NCBI GenBank assembly: GCA_964106915.2
Contig: OZ066914.1
DNA length: 64,000 bases
Reading direction: 5' to 3' (one strand)
Source of the DNA: Podarcis gaigeae
Taxonomy: Eukaryota
Under the pieces are notes generated by a model. That model was not told where the DNA came from. It saw only the letters and a list, made by a program, of their open reading frames with translations, and ran no database searches. The stretch's first letter is position 1. Each line of letters begins with the position of its first letter. The position numbers and the translations under genes are program-made. Positions 12,066 through 25,900 of this stretch are shown here, piece after piece.

Positions 12066-12403
12066 AAGTAAAGGGACCCCTGACCATTACATCCAGTCAT
12101 GGGTTGCGGCGCTCATCGCGCTTTATTGGCCAAGGGAGCTGGCGTACAGCTTCCGGGTCATGTGGCCAGCATGACTAAGCAGCTTCTGGCGAACCAGAGC
12201 AGCACACGGAAATGCCGTTTACCTTCCCGCTGGAGCGGTACCTATTTATCTACTTGCACTTTGACATGCTTTCGAACTGCTAGGTTGGCAGGAGCAGGGA
12301 CCGAGCAACGGGAGCTTACCCCATCACGGGGATTCGAACCGCCGACCTTCTGATCGGCAAGTCCTAGGCTCTGTGGTTTAACCCACAGCGCCACCCGCAT
12401 CCC
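12066..12403 (-). mobile_element. Sauria (Squam1) SINE, full length
   Basis: tRNA-like head GGGATGCGGGTGGCGCTGTGGGTTAAACC...GGTTCGAATCC and CCCTTTAC tail on the minus strand; 14-bp TSD TTTATTTACTAGTA (12052-12065, 12404-12417). Confidence 0.93.
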
Positions 12404-12793
12404 TTTATTTACTAGTAGTTCACATTTTATCACATTTAGATGTTTTAATTTTGTTTCATTGTATGTTACCTAGAAACCTCTTCCTGGAACAATTAATAAG
12501 TCAAACAAAGAAGCAAACAAACAAATAAAGTTTGAAGCAGGGAGCCTCCACACCCAGGAAAGGCTCATTGCTGTAAACATTGTTCTCAACACATCAAATG
12601 TAATGGTGGAGGCAAGAAGAGCAGTGTGATTTGGAGGGGGCATGCTAAATGTGCAGCCCCAAGGCTCCTTTCAACATGCTGGCCCACTATATGGGGGAAA
12701 AGCATGAAGAATATTATTATCAGCAGAAGTCACTTGGTACACCACCATCATAGTCACTCATAATGATTGGATGTGGTGCTAGGGTCATAAAAT

Positions 12794-12962
12794 AAAGGTA
12801 AAGGTAAAGGATCCCTGGACAGTTAAGTCCAGTCATAGGCGACTATGGCGTTGCGACGCTCATCTCACTTTCAGGCCGAGGGAGCCAGTGTTTGTCCACA
12901 GACAGCTTTCCGGGTCATGTGGCCAACATGACTAAACCGCTTCTGGCACAACAGAACACCGT
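12794..12962 (-). mobile_element. Sauria SINE, 3' part
   Basis: (TAAAGG)n tail and GGGTCATGTGGCCAACATGACTAAACCGCTTCTGG body; truncated. Confidence 0.85.
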
Positions 12963-15900
12963 GGTATGTTCTCTTTGACTTTCATATGTATATAAGCAAT
13001 GTATATAACATTATTCCTAACCTTAAGTATTTCCACCGACGTGGTATTTGGCTGTTAGCATAACACGACTGCAAAATTACAGACCAGCAGCGATTTTGAT
13101 GTTGCACCTTCTAACAACTTATAAGCCTCCAGTAAAAAATAAATAAAATGGCTTTGCTGGATCATCAAGTCTTAGGAGTTGGACATTTGCTGTATATCAC
13201 TTCAACAGCAGTTTAAATACACTCTTTTAATGAGTAATAGCTTCAATAGTGTGGCACAATCATAATATATAAAAAATATATATAGAGAGAGAGATATGTA
13301 TTTCTGTGGGATTTTCAATGCTGAATATTTAATATTCAGTGAAAGCACTTAATCCCTTTTTTTTTAAATGTAAGGACAGGAAATGTTTCCAGGGCTTCAC
13401 AGAGACAGCTTGTATTACAACAGATAAATACATTTGCATTTTTGTTTGATACTTTGATCTCAATGATCTCATTCAGTAATGAATCTCTAGGCTGGATAAT
13501 TTTTTATTTTTTTTTTAGATTTGCATGTAATCCAATATCCTCCCCCACCCCAAAGCCACCATTCCTTTGAGTGGACCTGTGCTTAACTCATGCGGTGATA
13601 CAGTTGTCTAGGCATGCTGTGCCCACTGCCCTTCAACTGAACCATGGACTACAGTTCAAGAGATCCAGACAATAACCATCTGCCTTACACAGATGGGATC
13701 AGGTAAAATCAAATCCCAACATTTTTCTAGCCCTTTAAACCTTTGAAAGTTGTAAGCACATCTGAATACATAAGAGTTCGTTCTTAAGAAAGAAAGCCTT
13801 GAAAACAAACAAAAAAAGGAAAACTTCCCAGGACTGCATATTTAATTGTTCCACATACTTTCCTTTGGTCTGTGCATGTATTTGAACAAACATCCATATG
13901 TCTATGAGGGTATCTGCCCTTTTCCCTGCTTGAGTTTGTGCCTTTCAGCTTAGTAGAATAGATTATATTTATTTATGACATAAGTCTAAAGAATATATTT
14001 TGCTCAAAGCCTTTTAATTAAAAGGAAAAGTTCCAAGGAATACATCTGTTTACATTTCTGCTTTTTGTTTGCTTGCTTGCTTTGTTATTAAGCTTGCTGT
14101 GAATTTGGTCAATAGATTTTCTCATTTTTATATCACTTAGTACAATGTGCAGGTTGAAGGAATCCTTTTCAGAATCATCTTATAAAGCTATGCTTTAAAA
14201 TGGAATATATGTTCACTACAATCTGATAATATAGTAAGCAAATAGACAGAATGGCTTAAAAAAAAATAGGCAGTGTTAACCATTTCAGCTTGAAATTCTC
14301 ATTTACTGCTCTGGTAAGACTTCTGTAAGTAGCATTAAGAGGAAAAACTGTGGAGTAAAATGTGCCTGCTAAAGGTCATGATAACTTTTAAGTTCACAGT
14401 TTTCCCTTCAATCAGTCACCAATATGACACAAAAAAATGATGCTACAGTTCAATGCATGCTTACTTGGGAACACAAAGAACCCATTGAAATCAGTAGTAC
14501 TTATGTCTAAGTAAACACCCATCAGGTTACACTGCACATCAGGAATGGATTCGTATGCAAGATAGGGTAACTTTTTATTTGTTTGAAATTTGCCCTTGCA
14601 GCCTGATGCCCTTATCCAATACAACCATTTCCCAGACAATATATCAGTAAATAAAAATATTTAAGAAGCTATATTAAATTTACACATGACATAGAAAACT
14701 CTGGGAGTATGAAATTAATTTGGGAGGGAGTGGAGAGGCAATACCAGCTGGGCACAACCCTCAGGGCCAAAACAGATGTGACATTATTCATGCAAGTGAA
14801 TGTTTATTTTAAAGTAGATTGCAGCTGGGGGAGCCCAATCCAAATAGGTACCAGATCCAATGTCAGGGAAGGGAGTGATTTAACCATTTGCCCCTGCCAG
14901 AGCCCCAATATCTATATGCACACTCCTTGCACCAAATAAAATAAAGTAAAACATTCAAACAATTGCATCTAATTTGTCCCACAAATCCCTCACTACCACT
15001 TGCCCCTGGCCTGTGTTAACCAGCTCTTATGAGTGCAATCCTAGGCATGCTTATTCTGAAGTAAGTTCATGGGAGCATATTCCCAGGTAAGGAGGATATA
15101 TTAGTTGTTAGTTGTTGTGCATTACATCTGATTAGAATAAATGAAAATAGTTTTAAAGTATTTGAAAAATACATGTAGCTCTAATGAGCAAATTGCACAG
15201 GAAAAATTGAATCTGCTTCTTCGTTCAGCATTTTTAAAAAAGAGTCCCTAAGCCACTATTAGAGAATGTATGAGCAGTCTGAGTACTCGTCAGATTCATC
15301 AGTGGGACAAACAGTGATTTTGCCTTGGATGCTGCCAAGACAGTGCAGCAGTAGGCTCCCATTGCTGGAAACATACTGCTAAACAGTCGAAACTCCCCTG
15401 GGGACTATTCTTCCTGAGTTTGGAGAGTATGGACATTATAGGTGTAGTCTTCTGGACTAACAGTGGTCAAAAAGATCCATCCCATCCATGGGACTTGATG
15501 ACATGTGTAGGGTGATTGAGGTTTTATAGGGTAGCTGAGGTTCAGGGATTTTGCAGAATATGATTTTTAACAATTCTAAGAACACTGTAAGTATAGATCA
15601 CAATTTTACCAAGTGGTAACTAAACCTGTAGTTCATGCAGTGATAAGCCGGTCTTCCACATTTCTCAACAAAGCCATGAAACTAATTACACAAGCACAAC
15701 TAAATGAGAAATCCAAAGAAATGGATTTCCAGAGAAATGGGCAATAAGGTCTTACCACCAAGCACAACATTATAAATGAGTGGCTTAGCGAGTAGTTATA
15801 TGCACACTGTAGTGCCTTACCACATGGTAAATGATCATCTGTATTCACGCTATGTCTGCTTGTCCATTGCTCTATTTAATCATATTCTTAGAGAGTCTGA

Positions 15901-17423
15901 CACAAGAGAATAAGTAAGTTGCTAGAAATCTGTGTAGAGTTTGCACTTACAGTTAAATTTGAAATAGCAATCTTCTCCCCACCCCCTAAGGATATGTAGC
16001 AGTAATGGCAAGGAGTAAGTCGGTTTCTCCATTTGTTTGTAGTCCCATGGAATCCTTCTCTAGGTAAGCAATTTACAGCTAATCACAATTGTTTATTCTT
16101 AATATCTTTTTTCCATGAAGAAGTCCTACAATGTAATTTTGCTCGTGACCAATTAAGTTTTCCCAGTGGATGTTTATGATTACAGGACAAAGCAACCTCT
16201 TTAATACTTGCCAATCCTTAGCTTGCAAACATTAAGCTCCAGAGGATAGAGACCTGCTAATACTTTCAACAGATATACAAATATATCTCATTTACCCCAT
16301 TCTAGAAACCCCATTCTATTAAACACATGCTTTGTAAATGCCTAACTTATTATTATCTATTTTGAGCATTCCCTTGGCTGCTATCCTACATACTCAATAT
16401 TTTGTAATGTATTCAATAGTCTAAAACTTCCTGGTATTGGTCTACAGTAAGTGCTTCTGGAATCTACACCAAAATAATGCAGATTCACAGTAACATGTTT
16501 ACAGTGCCCACTGTCTGTCGCCAAGCCTTCTCTCATGTAAGATGTAAGTATCCTTCTTATTTATCTGTCAAGAGCTGGTGCAGGGCTACCAGGTGACCAT
16601 GATCAATACAAAGTTCTAAGTTCAACAACTGTATCTCACAAACTGTGCTCTCAGACAACACTGTAGATAGGGAGAAACTGTAAAACAAATATTTTGGCCT
16701 CAGCTGCTCTGGGCTTATTGCTGATCATGCATAAGACACTTCATCTTTCAGGTACTTTGTTCATTTTTGAGTTCTTGCAAACTTTTCCATCACTAATCCT
16801 TGGAGTTTGTATCTATGCACAGATTAGTCTTTATTAATCCCTGACCCACAGGACTCTGCTCCTTACTTCCTAATCTGCACCTCTAGATATAGATTAAGGC
16901 ACCTGCCAGCAACTGTGGTTTCAGAGGCACCCATCAGTTCCCTTACTGTTTCCTAAATAAAGATTTTTTTGTTCTTGAACAACCAGAATCATCCCAATCT
17001 CTTCCTAGAGGTTCCCCTTAAGTTATTTGGATAAATGAAGCCAATGAAAAATTAAAATCAGTTACAGAACAGTGGATTAAATTAGAAGTAATATCAGACA
17101 CATTACAGGAATTGGTTTTATGCTTGAAAAGAGTATCACAAGCTTCTAATTAAAGTAGATACAAAATAATAATAAGCTACCCACTGGCATTCACCTGAAG
17201 TTCCCGCTAACATGAAATGAATTTTAATCCTGCATTATGTCAAAAGGCCCTCCCATGAAACTCTGGGATAGTAAGAGAAGACAGCCTAAATTAGATAGAT
17301 CGATGAATCTTTGAGCAAAATTGAAAATATTTTCTACCCATTTCTTTCTTAATTGCATGAAATCAGGTTTATCTTTATATATTTATTTTAAAATATAAAC
17401 AGTATAATTGTATTCTTTTGTAA

Positions 17424-17811
17424 AAGTAAAAGGTAAAGGTAAAAGGCCCCTGGACAGTTAGGTCCAGTCAAAGGCAACTATGGGGCGTGGCACTCATCCC
17501 GCTGCAGGCCAAGGGAGCCAGTGTTTGTCCACAGACACTTTCTGGATCATGTGGCCATCATGACTAAACCGCTTCTGGTGCAACGGGATACCGTGATGAG
17601 TGCCAGAGCACACGGAAACACCATTTACCTTCCCACTGCAACGGTACCTATTTATCTACTAGCACTGGTGTGCTTTACAACTGCTAGGTTGGCATAAGCT
17701 GGGGCAGAGCAACAGCAACTCATCACTGTTGCGTGGATTTGAACCGCCAGCCTTCCAACTGGCAAGCCCAAGAGGCTCATTGGTTTAGACCATAGTGCCT
17801 CCTGCATCCCC
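17424..17811 (-). mobile_element. Sauria SINE, full length, more diverged copy
   Basis: (GGTAAA)n tail plus full body; near-perfect TSD TATYCTTTTGTAA (17411-17423, 17814-17826). Confidence 0.88.
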
Positions 17812-17924
17812 TTTATCCTTTTGTAATGTTACTTAGATCCATTAAAACCAACTGGAGTGTTACCATATATTTCAATAGGACTCAGATAATATTTGTGCAG
17901 CCTATTTTTTTACAAAAACAGCAG

Positions 17925-18046
17925 TTGAGCTGGTAAACTGGGACAGAGCAACGAGCGCTCACCCCGTTGCGGGGATTCGAACCGCCGACCTTCTGATCAG
18001 CAAGTTCTAGGCTCTGTGGTTTAACTCACAGCGCCACCCCCGTCCC
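17925..18046 (-). mobile_element. Sauria SINE, 5' part
   Basis: GGGGATTCGAACCGCCGACCTTCTGATCAGCAAG...CACAGCGCCACCCCCGTCCC. Confidence 0.85.
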
Positions 18047-18710
18047 TCTGTTGAATGTGCTAATGGAGATCTAAAACCACAGTTTACTTAGCAGATAGGA
18101 AGAGAAATTGGGGCAATACTGCCTTTAGGACCCAATGTGGGAAGCTGATCTGGAGTTTATTGTGTCCTGCATTCATACAACCTCACAAATAAGAGCTCAA
18201 GGTTTAAGCTGGCAAAGGTGGACAGTTATGTGGTATCCATATCTATAGGATTATCCAGCTAAAGTACTCCCGACTTTCCCCCGCTGCTCTCTAGACAGCA
18301 TTCAGGGCCTTCAGGAATCCTGGTTTGTATAAAGGACTAGACTGATCAAGCTATATTGTACTTATAAAACTGAACTGTTAGAAATCTTAACACTACTAAA
18401 GCTCACCTCAAATCTTTCTGCCCTAGAAAATGGGGATTGGGGTTGAGGAACAGTCACCTCAACTTCCAAGCACCTGTTATTCTCATACTTCAAGGATATG
18501 ATACAGGTGTAGCAGGGAAATGCATTTGTGAACAATTCTAAAACATTTCTATCTATAGAACAAGTCCTACTACCCACCCCCGCATGGTCTCACAATACAT
18601 AGTATATGTATAGTATGCAAGTGACATCAAAAGAATGTGAATAGGCACAAAGCTCAAATAATATTTTACAAACTGAGTATCACTAAACAAAGATGGCTCG
18701 TGCCTGTTTG

Positions 18711-18879
18711 CAGGGGTGCCAACTTGAATGAAATATTGAGGGGGCCCAGGTAAGTCCCGCCTGACATAATTGATCACACGACTCAGTGCACAAACACCAT
18801 TTGAATGGGAATGGCCCCCTCAAATACTTTATTGTGGGGGTTGAAGCCCCCCAAAGGCCCTAGGAGTTGGTTCCTATTG
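18711..18879. mobile_element. hAT MITE
   Basis: Ends CAGGGGTGCCAACT / AGTTGGTTCCTATTG; TSD CCTGTTTG / CCTGTTTA (7 of 8 match). Confidence 0.7.
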
Positions 18880-20829
18880 CCTGTTTATGAATTATATATT
18901 ATGAAGTTAAATTAGGAATGAATTGAAGCTCCTTTGCAAATGAAAATGTTTTCCAAGTCTGCAAATAGAGCATCGGCATATTCAAAGCATGATCACTAAC
19001 AATAACAACAATAATCAAGAAAAGAAAAGAAATAGCCTTGTCTTAAAATGATCGAGACCTCTGGCTTTATCTTGCTATTTCATCTCTATCCTCATATCTT
19101 CCACAACAACCAACTGAAAAAGTATAGAAGGAAATCTGGAGGGAGCTGAAGCCAGTTGGATTTGTACAGATTGCTGAGAGGACTCTTTACTATGCTTTTA
19201 CAAAATCTGATGGAAAAACTAGTCTGGAGTGCAGGTTCCTGATCTTTTTCTTCTCTTTTTTTGAAAAAATGTTATGAAACATGAGCTAACCATAACCGAT
19301 CCTCAGGGGAGCGAGATTGTAGCAATAAATTTTCATGTTCCAGAACAGATGGCTATGCCACATGAAGAAAACAAAATCTATCAAGCTCTGTAAAATGAAA
19401 AGAAATTTATTCTCCCACATCCAATTAAGCCTCTTCTAGCATACTGTTCTACATGTGGTAACATAGACATTCTGCATGAGCACCATGACATCGCTTTTAG
19501 TCTCCTCTGTCTCGGCCTGGTTGCCATAAATCAGCCCAGGCTGTGAGTAATGCTGAAGGAGCTAAATGTTCAGAATTTGTGCCTGTCTGTTTTATTAGCT
19601 AGCCCAGAGTAAACTGGGGGCTTATCATTCAATGTCAGGTTCAATACCCAATGACCCAATACGTTAAAATTGTGGCAGCCACAAATCAAGGGCATAATGA
19701 AGTCTGAGAAGTGGTCCACACTGATTTATTAGGGCATCTGTCTGACTATAGACAATCTACTGTTGCCCTTGGATAGCATCAGCTATTCCCATGGTCTTCC
19801 ACATATCAGAGACTTCTCTCTTTAAAAAACAAAACAAAAGACCTTCTAATAAAGCCGAAGTGACTTGTAAAATAAGATAGTAGTCACAATGCTTTGCTTG
19901 CATGTTTGGTTGAAATGGCTAAAAATGAATAATGTGAGTTAGGATTAAATGTTTTGGCTTAAATATTAGCAGCAAGAAAAATTATGTGAACACAATGGAC
20001 CAGATCCAACTAACGCACTTGCGGAAGGCAGTGCAAGTACTCTCACTAGCACAATTGGACTTCCCCTCCCCACCCCTGGGCCTCCTCCAAATCCAGTCTG
20101 GAGGGTCAGGAGAACCCCAGAATAGCATGCAGAGGGAGGAGAGAGGAGACTATTTGGCCTAGCAAGCAGAAATGCTTGCACTAATGGAATAATCATATAA
20201 GCATGGTGTTAGATTCCACCCTTTATCATTCAGAATGGAAGGAATTGGATAATGGCTGAAACAGTGAAACTGGAAATGTTTAAGAGATGGGAATCAATAA
20301 GCTGAAATATTCGGAGGGAAACGTCCTCCCTTAGTTCACATTATGAATGCAATGTACAGTCTCGATCCCAATACAAACAAAACATTTGCTTTGTTGGGAT
20401 TCCCTCCCTCCTTGCTTCTGCATGTTTCTGTACATCACCACTTGGAGACTGCAGTGTTAAGCAGCATATAAAAATTGTTGAAATAAAAGAAATAAATGCC
20501 AAAACTATTAATAATACAAATTACATTCAAAGCCAGCACTTTATTTTCATTCAGTATTTCTGACAGGGAGATTTACAGACAGGGAAGCACTGGTTTGATC
20601 CTGAAAAGTATTGTGTTCTGCCCAAGTTAGTAAAGTTTATCTGCCTACAACTATTTTTATCTTCCATACACATCCATTAATTTTTCCATTTATTGTAACT
20701 TGTTAATCAGACAAAATGCTTTTATTATCTTAATTCATTCACACAATTTCTCTTGCAATATTTCCTTTTTAATTATGGTTTTTGAGATGACTACAGCTAG
20801 CAGCACCTTGGATTCTGGTTTAGAAGAGC

Positions 20830-20965
20830 CACTAGAAGAGGGTAGAGAACCCGTGGCCCTCCAGACATTGCTGGACTCACAACATCCCCAGTCAGCATGG
20901 CTAATGATCAGAGAGAAAAGGGGGTTTGGGAGTCCAGCAACATCTGGAGAACCCTGCAGTAGACC
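20830..20965. mobile_element. Palindromic hAT-type MITE (GGACTACA..CCC family); relatives at about 52815-52960 and 54504-54626
   Basis: Internal inverted symmetry CTCCAGACATTGCTGGACTC...GAGTCCAGCAACATCTGGAG. Confidence 0.6.
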
Positions 20966-20969
20966 ACAG

Positions 20970-21448
20970 ACATGATGGACCAGGTACTTGATATTGGACC
21001 CAAATCCAGCAGCCCAAACCCCCAATGACCAGAGCCCTTGAGCTAGACTCCACTCTAAGGATCAGCCTCTTCAAGAGCCTCTCCACCAGACCTGCTCTTG
21101 ACTTTAAGTAATAAACCTGATGAAGCAATGGAGAGGTTGAAGGCCAGAGAGCTGCTCATTGAAGGCTATCTGTTTTCCCGCAAGGGGAGTGGAGCCTAGG
21201 AGGGATAATCAGGCCTAGAGAGTCTATAAGGGCTCAGTGAACATCAACTACTCAACACAAGTAAACTCTCTGGGACCTGTCCAGGGTTCTGAAGGGCCTA
21301 TCCATTACCACTCTCATCTCCTAATTCTAGTTCTTAGCCTTTGAGTGGATATGTACAGTTCCTGCCTGCCAGTCACCTTCTATTACTAACAGCCCCAGAC
21401 CAGCTTCTTACAAGCTCCTCCACTGACTCATCATCATCATCAGGACAG
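20970..21448 (+). mobile_element. Possible degraded solo LTR
   Basis: LTR-like composition with TATAAG near 21225 and a ...CAGGACA terminus; 5' end and TSD not resolved. Confidence 0.3.
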
Positions 21449-22036
21449 TCTCCAACAAGCATTAGGGTTGTTCTTGTCAGTGTTGCTCACCTATGGGTTA
21501 TAGCTTTAATTTAGATGTATTTTATTTATTTTATTATACCATTAAAAGTCTAAACTAAATGCATTGGAATAGCAAATAATATTAAAATTACAGTGACAAT
21601 TCTAAGCTTCTTTATCTGAGAGTCGGCCTCTACTTCTGAGTAGATAAGGTATTGTATTGCCTTGTTGAGGCTGCAGTCCTGTTCTTAGTTTCTTAGGAAT
21701 AAGTCCTATTGTACTCAATTAGACTTTTGATCATAAGATTGCCTTGGTTTTTTGGTTCAGTGTCTACATTTACATTTTTGAACATAATGGATGGCACAAT
21801 GCCTTTGTTCCATTACTGCACAGATTATCACTTGCAAAACGTACCCCCCCCCCCCGGATGTAGCCTACACCCTCCTCCAGAAGGCTGGAAGGAACCCAGC
21901 CTTTGATCTAGGGGATGCAGGGGTAGGAGAGGTGGGAACATTCCCTTGCACAAGAGTAAATCATTGTGCTATTAGAACAAGAGGCTTAGAGCTACTTTTG
22001 ATACCAAGTCTTTGCCTTTAAAGTCTCCTTACCCTC

Positions 22037-22183
22037 AGGTAGCACAATGGGTCAATGTGTTTGGCTGTTAACCAGAAGGTTGGTGGGTCAAGCCCACACA
22101 GGGATGGCTGTGGGCAGGATTCCTACATTGCAAGGGGTTGGACTAGATGACCCTCGGAGTCCCTTCCAACTCTACTGATTCTA
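22037..22183 (+). mobile_element. SINE with tRNA-like head and CR1-type tail
   Basis: A/B-box-like head, then GGGTTGGACTAGATGACC...GTCCCTTCCAACTCTA..GATTCT; second copy at 42934-43085 on the minus strand. Confidence 0.7.
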
Positions 22184-22518
22184 AGAAGTAAGCCCTGGGA
22201 TTTACTCCTAGGTAAGTACATACAGGATTCAAGCAAGTGTGTGAAAATGTAGCCAATTATTCCAGTTGGAAGCTAAGCATCAGTTTGAGCAAAGTGAGCT
22301 ATGCAATTGGTATCATAGAAAAAGGCAGTGCAATTAAAAATAACAACCATATCCAGATGGATCAAGAAAACAAGCTCATCATGCTGTCAGTCAATCTGAC
22401 ACAGTATTACAGTATATCATCCAACATTAAATATCAGATAAGGATAAGTACTTATGAATAAAGATTTGATCTTTTTCAGCAGATGTGTTGAGGTACGATT
22501 CTAATACTTGGCTGTTAC

Positions 22519-22938
22519 ATTTGAGATTGCCTTCACAACACAGATGGGGGAGAAATTCATTTGGTTCATATTTTAAAGTGACCTTTCCAAAACAACATGT
22601 GAAAGAAAACCCTGCCCTTCTCCAAATTTTGCATTGTAGTTCTCCAACCAAAGAATGCACACAAAAATACATACATTACCGAAAAGTGCATGCAGAAATG
22701 TGTATATAAGTGAAAACAATGCACAAAATTCATTCTATTATGGGGAAATCACAAAAAAATGTATATACCAGGCAAAACTGCATACAGAAATGAAACACTG
22801 AAAGAAATGCTAATGAAAAATGCACACAAATTTTCATATGGACTTCCTGCTTTGATTGCAAATGTACATGGAAATGGGGAAATGAGAAGAACCAAAATTA
22901 ATGTGAACAACTGAAACTGACAGATTTCTCCCTCTCTA
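22519..22938. mobile_element. Degraded AT-rich DNA-transposon-like repeat; related copy in opposite orientation at about 49497-49809
   Basis: Ends GATGGGGGAGAAAT / ATTTCTCCCTCTCTA; shares internal sequence with the 49.5-kb segment. Confidence 0.45.
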
Positions 22939-25900
22939 CTCCACAGTACCTCTTCTGAGTAAATATGAATTGGCTCACACATATATCATTTATATAATTA
23001 CCTCCACACATTCCAGCGCTGCTCTTCCAGCTGAGTCAGCAAATGGTCAATGTATCTATTTGAGTCCATATATTCCTGTGATAAAAGAAATTGTTCAGCA
23101 AATTAATTTGTGTTAACTGATGCAGGTTTCAATCATACAAAAACTGTAGTTCATCAGATGTGTATTTTCTCCTGCAGTGTTGTTGTTGTAACTATTAATT
23201 AGTTCACTTCCCATAAGGCATCCCAAAGCAATTTACAATATAATAAAAACAATACACACAGAGAGACAGAGACAGAGAGTTTAAAACAACAGTAGCACAT
23301 AGATAAAATCAATTCAGGTAGTGTTCATAGTGGCTTTGAGGAAATGGCATGGAAAATGGAGATCCCACCATGGATATCCCAAGTCACAAATAATATGGCC
23401 ATGAAAAGCATATTAATTTAATTCATGTACATGTTCAATAGCTGTTGCAAAGGCAATAATAGATTTGTAAGAGTTTGGGAGTGCCCACATCTTATCATCT
23501 TCTACCAATCTGAAACACTTTATGCCACTTTTTAGATAAATGGGCTGGATCCAGACTTTACTGCTGGCAGCAAAGGGGAGTGAGGAACCTTTCCTTTGTA
23601 TCTCCCAGTGCCACCAACCACACTGATCTGGAAACAGCCTTTCTGTCTATAAAAGGCAAAGTCTGGATCTCACCCAATGTCAACAAGCAAAAAAGGCAAC
23701 CAGAAGTTAATCACTACAATGTACTTAATCACTGTACTGTATCATTATATATATATATATATATTTACTGCTTTAAAATGGGTAAAATGAATTTATAAAC
23801 TTGTTAAAGGAGGTTCGTGGTTGTGTGAGTAATAATAATTTTATTATTTGTCTCCTGCCCATCTGACTGGATTGCCCCCGCCACTCTGGTCAGCTAGCTA
23901 CTTATACTCAGCATGGAAGAGTACATTAAATTGAACACATTCCTTTTTTTTTTTTTTAAGTAGCATATTCAACAATGTTTACATGAAATCTCTTTTCCAT
24001 AGCCTCATATTTTTATATTTGAAATGTTCTGTGCAAGTACTGCTTTTTTTCATGTAAGCCAACATTTTACAAGCCATGAATCAATTGATTATATAGTAAA
24101 AGAAATACAACATAACTCTTCCCCCCCAGTAATCATTAAAGTGAACTTCTAAAAAAAAATCATGATTTCAATATTAAATGCAATCAAAAGGAGCTAGTAA
24201 TCAATGCTGCTTTTCATTACACACAATGCTTATATTTCTGTGTATCTTTTCTCAAGAAAGGTTTTAATAATATGCAAAGTGTATAGCGCAACAGTATGTG
24301 TCATCAGAACTTCTCTGATGTTTTCTGTACTCACCCAAATAAAAGAGATGCACCCCTTTGAGGAAAATATCTTTCTCCACACATGGGTTGTTTGGCAGGC
24401 TTTATTATTGATTGAGAAGGCATGTGACTGTGGAATTGTGTATTGTGTAATGACAGGTCTTTGTTCAGCCATTTCTCCTCATAATTGAAAAGTGCAAGGT
24501 GGAAGTGTCATGAATAATGCATCAATGCCACATCTCTTTTCAACATGAAGATATATGTTACAAGAGAACCACTATCATATTTCATGTACAGTGGGTGCCT
24601 TTTATTTTCCCAGCCATTTCAGGAATTCCCCAGTAACATCTCAGTAGATGCCTTAATTGAAAGACACCACCATAAAACATACGCAAGGAAACAACTTAAG
24701 CAATCACTGTGCTTTCCTTTTTTAAAAGACCAAATTCCATGTTAATAATCAGTTGCATTGCAAATTAGCCTGTGGCGGCTCAGAGCTTTGATTTTGACTT
24801 ATGTTTGGATAACACTATGGCATACACTGGGCCATGTTCCATGCCAGTAAGCATTGTATAATTAGAACTATTTCTGCCATATAAAAAATAACAAATGGTG
24901 AAGCATGCTTAAATCAGAGTTGGATCCAGATTTGCCATTCCGTCAGTAGAATACAGTGGAGACCCCCATTGCAGAAAATGAGGGGGATATTATTTACATG
25001 GCTTCCTGCTTTCCCCTGCAACTCCTTCCACACAAGCATCCCTTCCCATGCTGGCAGCCCCAGCTTGTGGCATCCACCAGGAAAAGCCACCCAGTACAGA
25101 GAGTGTCACTTAACCTGTTCATTATGCCTCTTCTTCCATTGTCTCTTGAAACAGACAGATGCGAACAACATTTTAGTTTTGCAGTTCTGTTGGTAAATTT
25201 ATTAGAAACCAAAGCAGACATCATATTCTAATACTAAGTCAGTGAAAAATTGGCAAATGCCTTTAAAGTTTACATGCACCATACAGAAAGATCTGAAAAT
25301 CAAATACACTGAAATATGAAATTTATTTATTTATTTAAAAAAAAAAACCACAGCAGTTGCTTTAACAAAGCATTTTGCATAGATTTCTTAATTGTTCAAA
25401 ATTACTTAAGCATCAGCACACATTTAAAATTAAATCTCAGCTGACGTGACTAAGACTGATCTATCATATTCTGAAGCCAATTGTTTTCATATTCTACTGT
25501 TGCAAATTTTGGCTGGGTGTCCTTTTCTAACATCGTTCTTCTCAAGCACACAAGTGTATACAGCATGAAGTCAAAAAGCTACTTTACAGCTTAGTTCTCC
25601 AGCCTTTATTCATGCTGAATACATTTTTACACAAGTGTCAATGGTAGACTTGGCTAGCAAGGCATCTCTGGCTGTACAACAAGGATTGCATTCCTGACAG
25701 GACCAGGGTTGCTGTGGAATGGTGCTCCTTGGGTTTTATGAGAAACAAGAAAAGCAGTCTATTCTGGATAGGATTATTTTTATTTATTTTATTTATTAAA
25801 TTAGTATACCACCCATCACAGACCCCAGAGTGGTTCACCAGCAACCCAAGAATACAATATCAAAACACCAAATACATGATGAAAACAAGAACATAAAACA

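Noticed and set aside
12330-12403. tRNA-like A/B boxes (also near 17970, 22040 and 61010)
   Set aside because: These are SINE heads continuous with SINE bodies, not tRNA genes.
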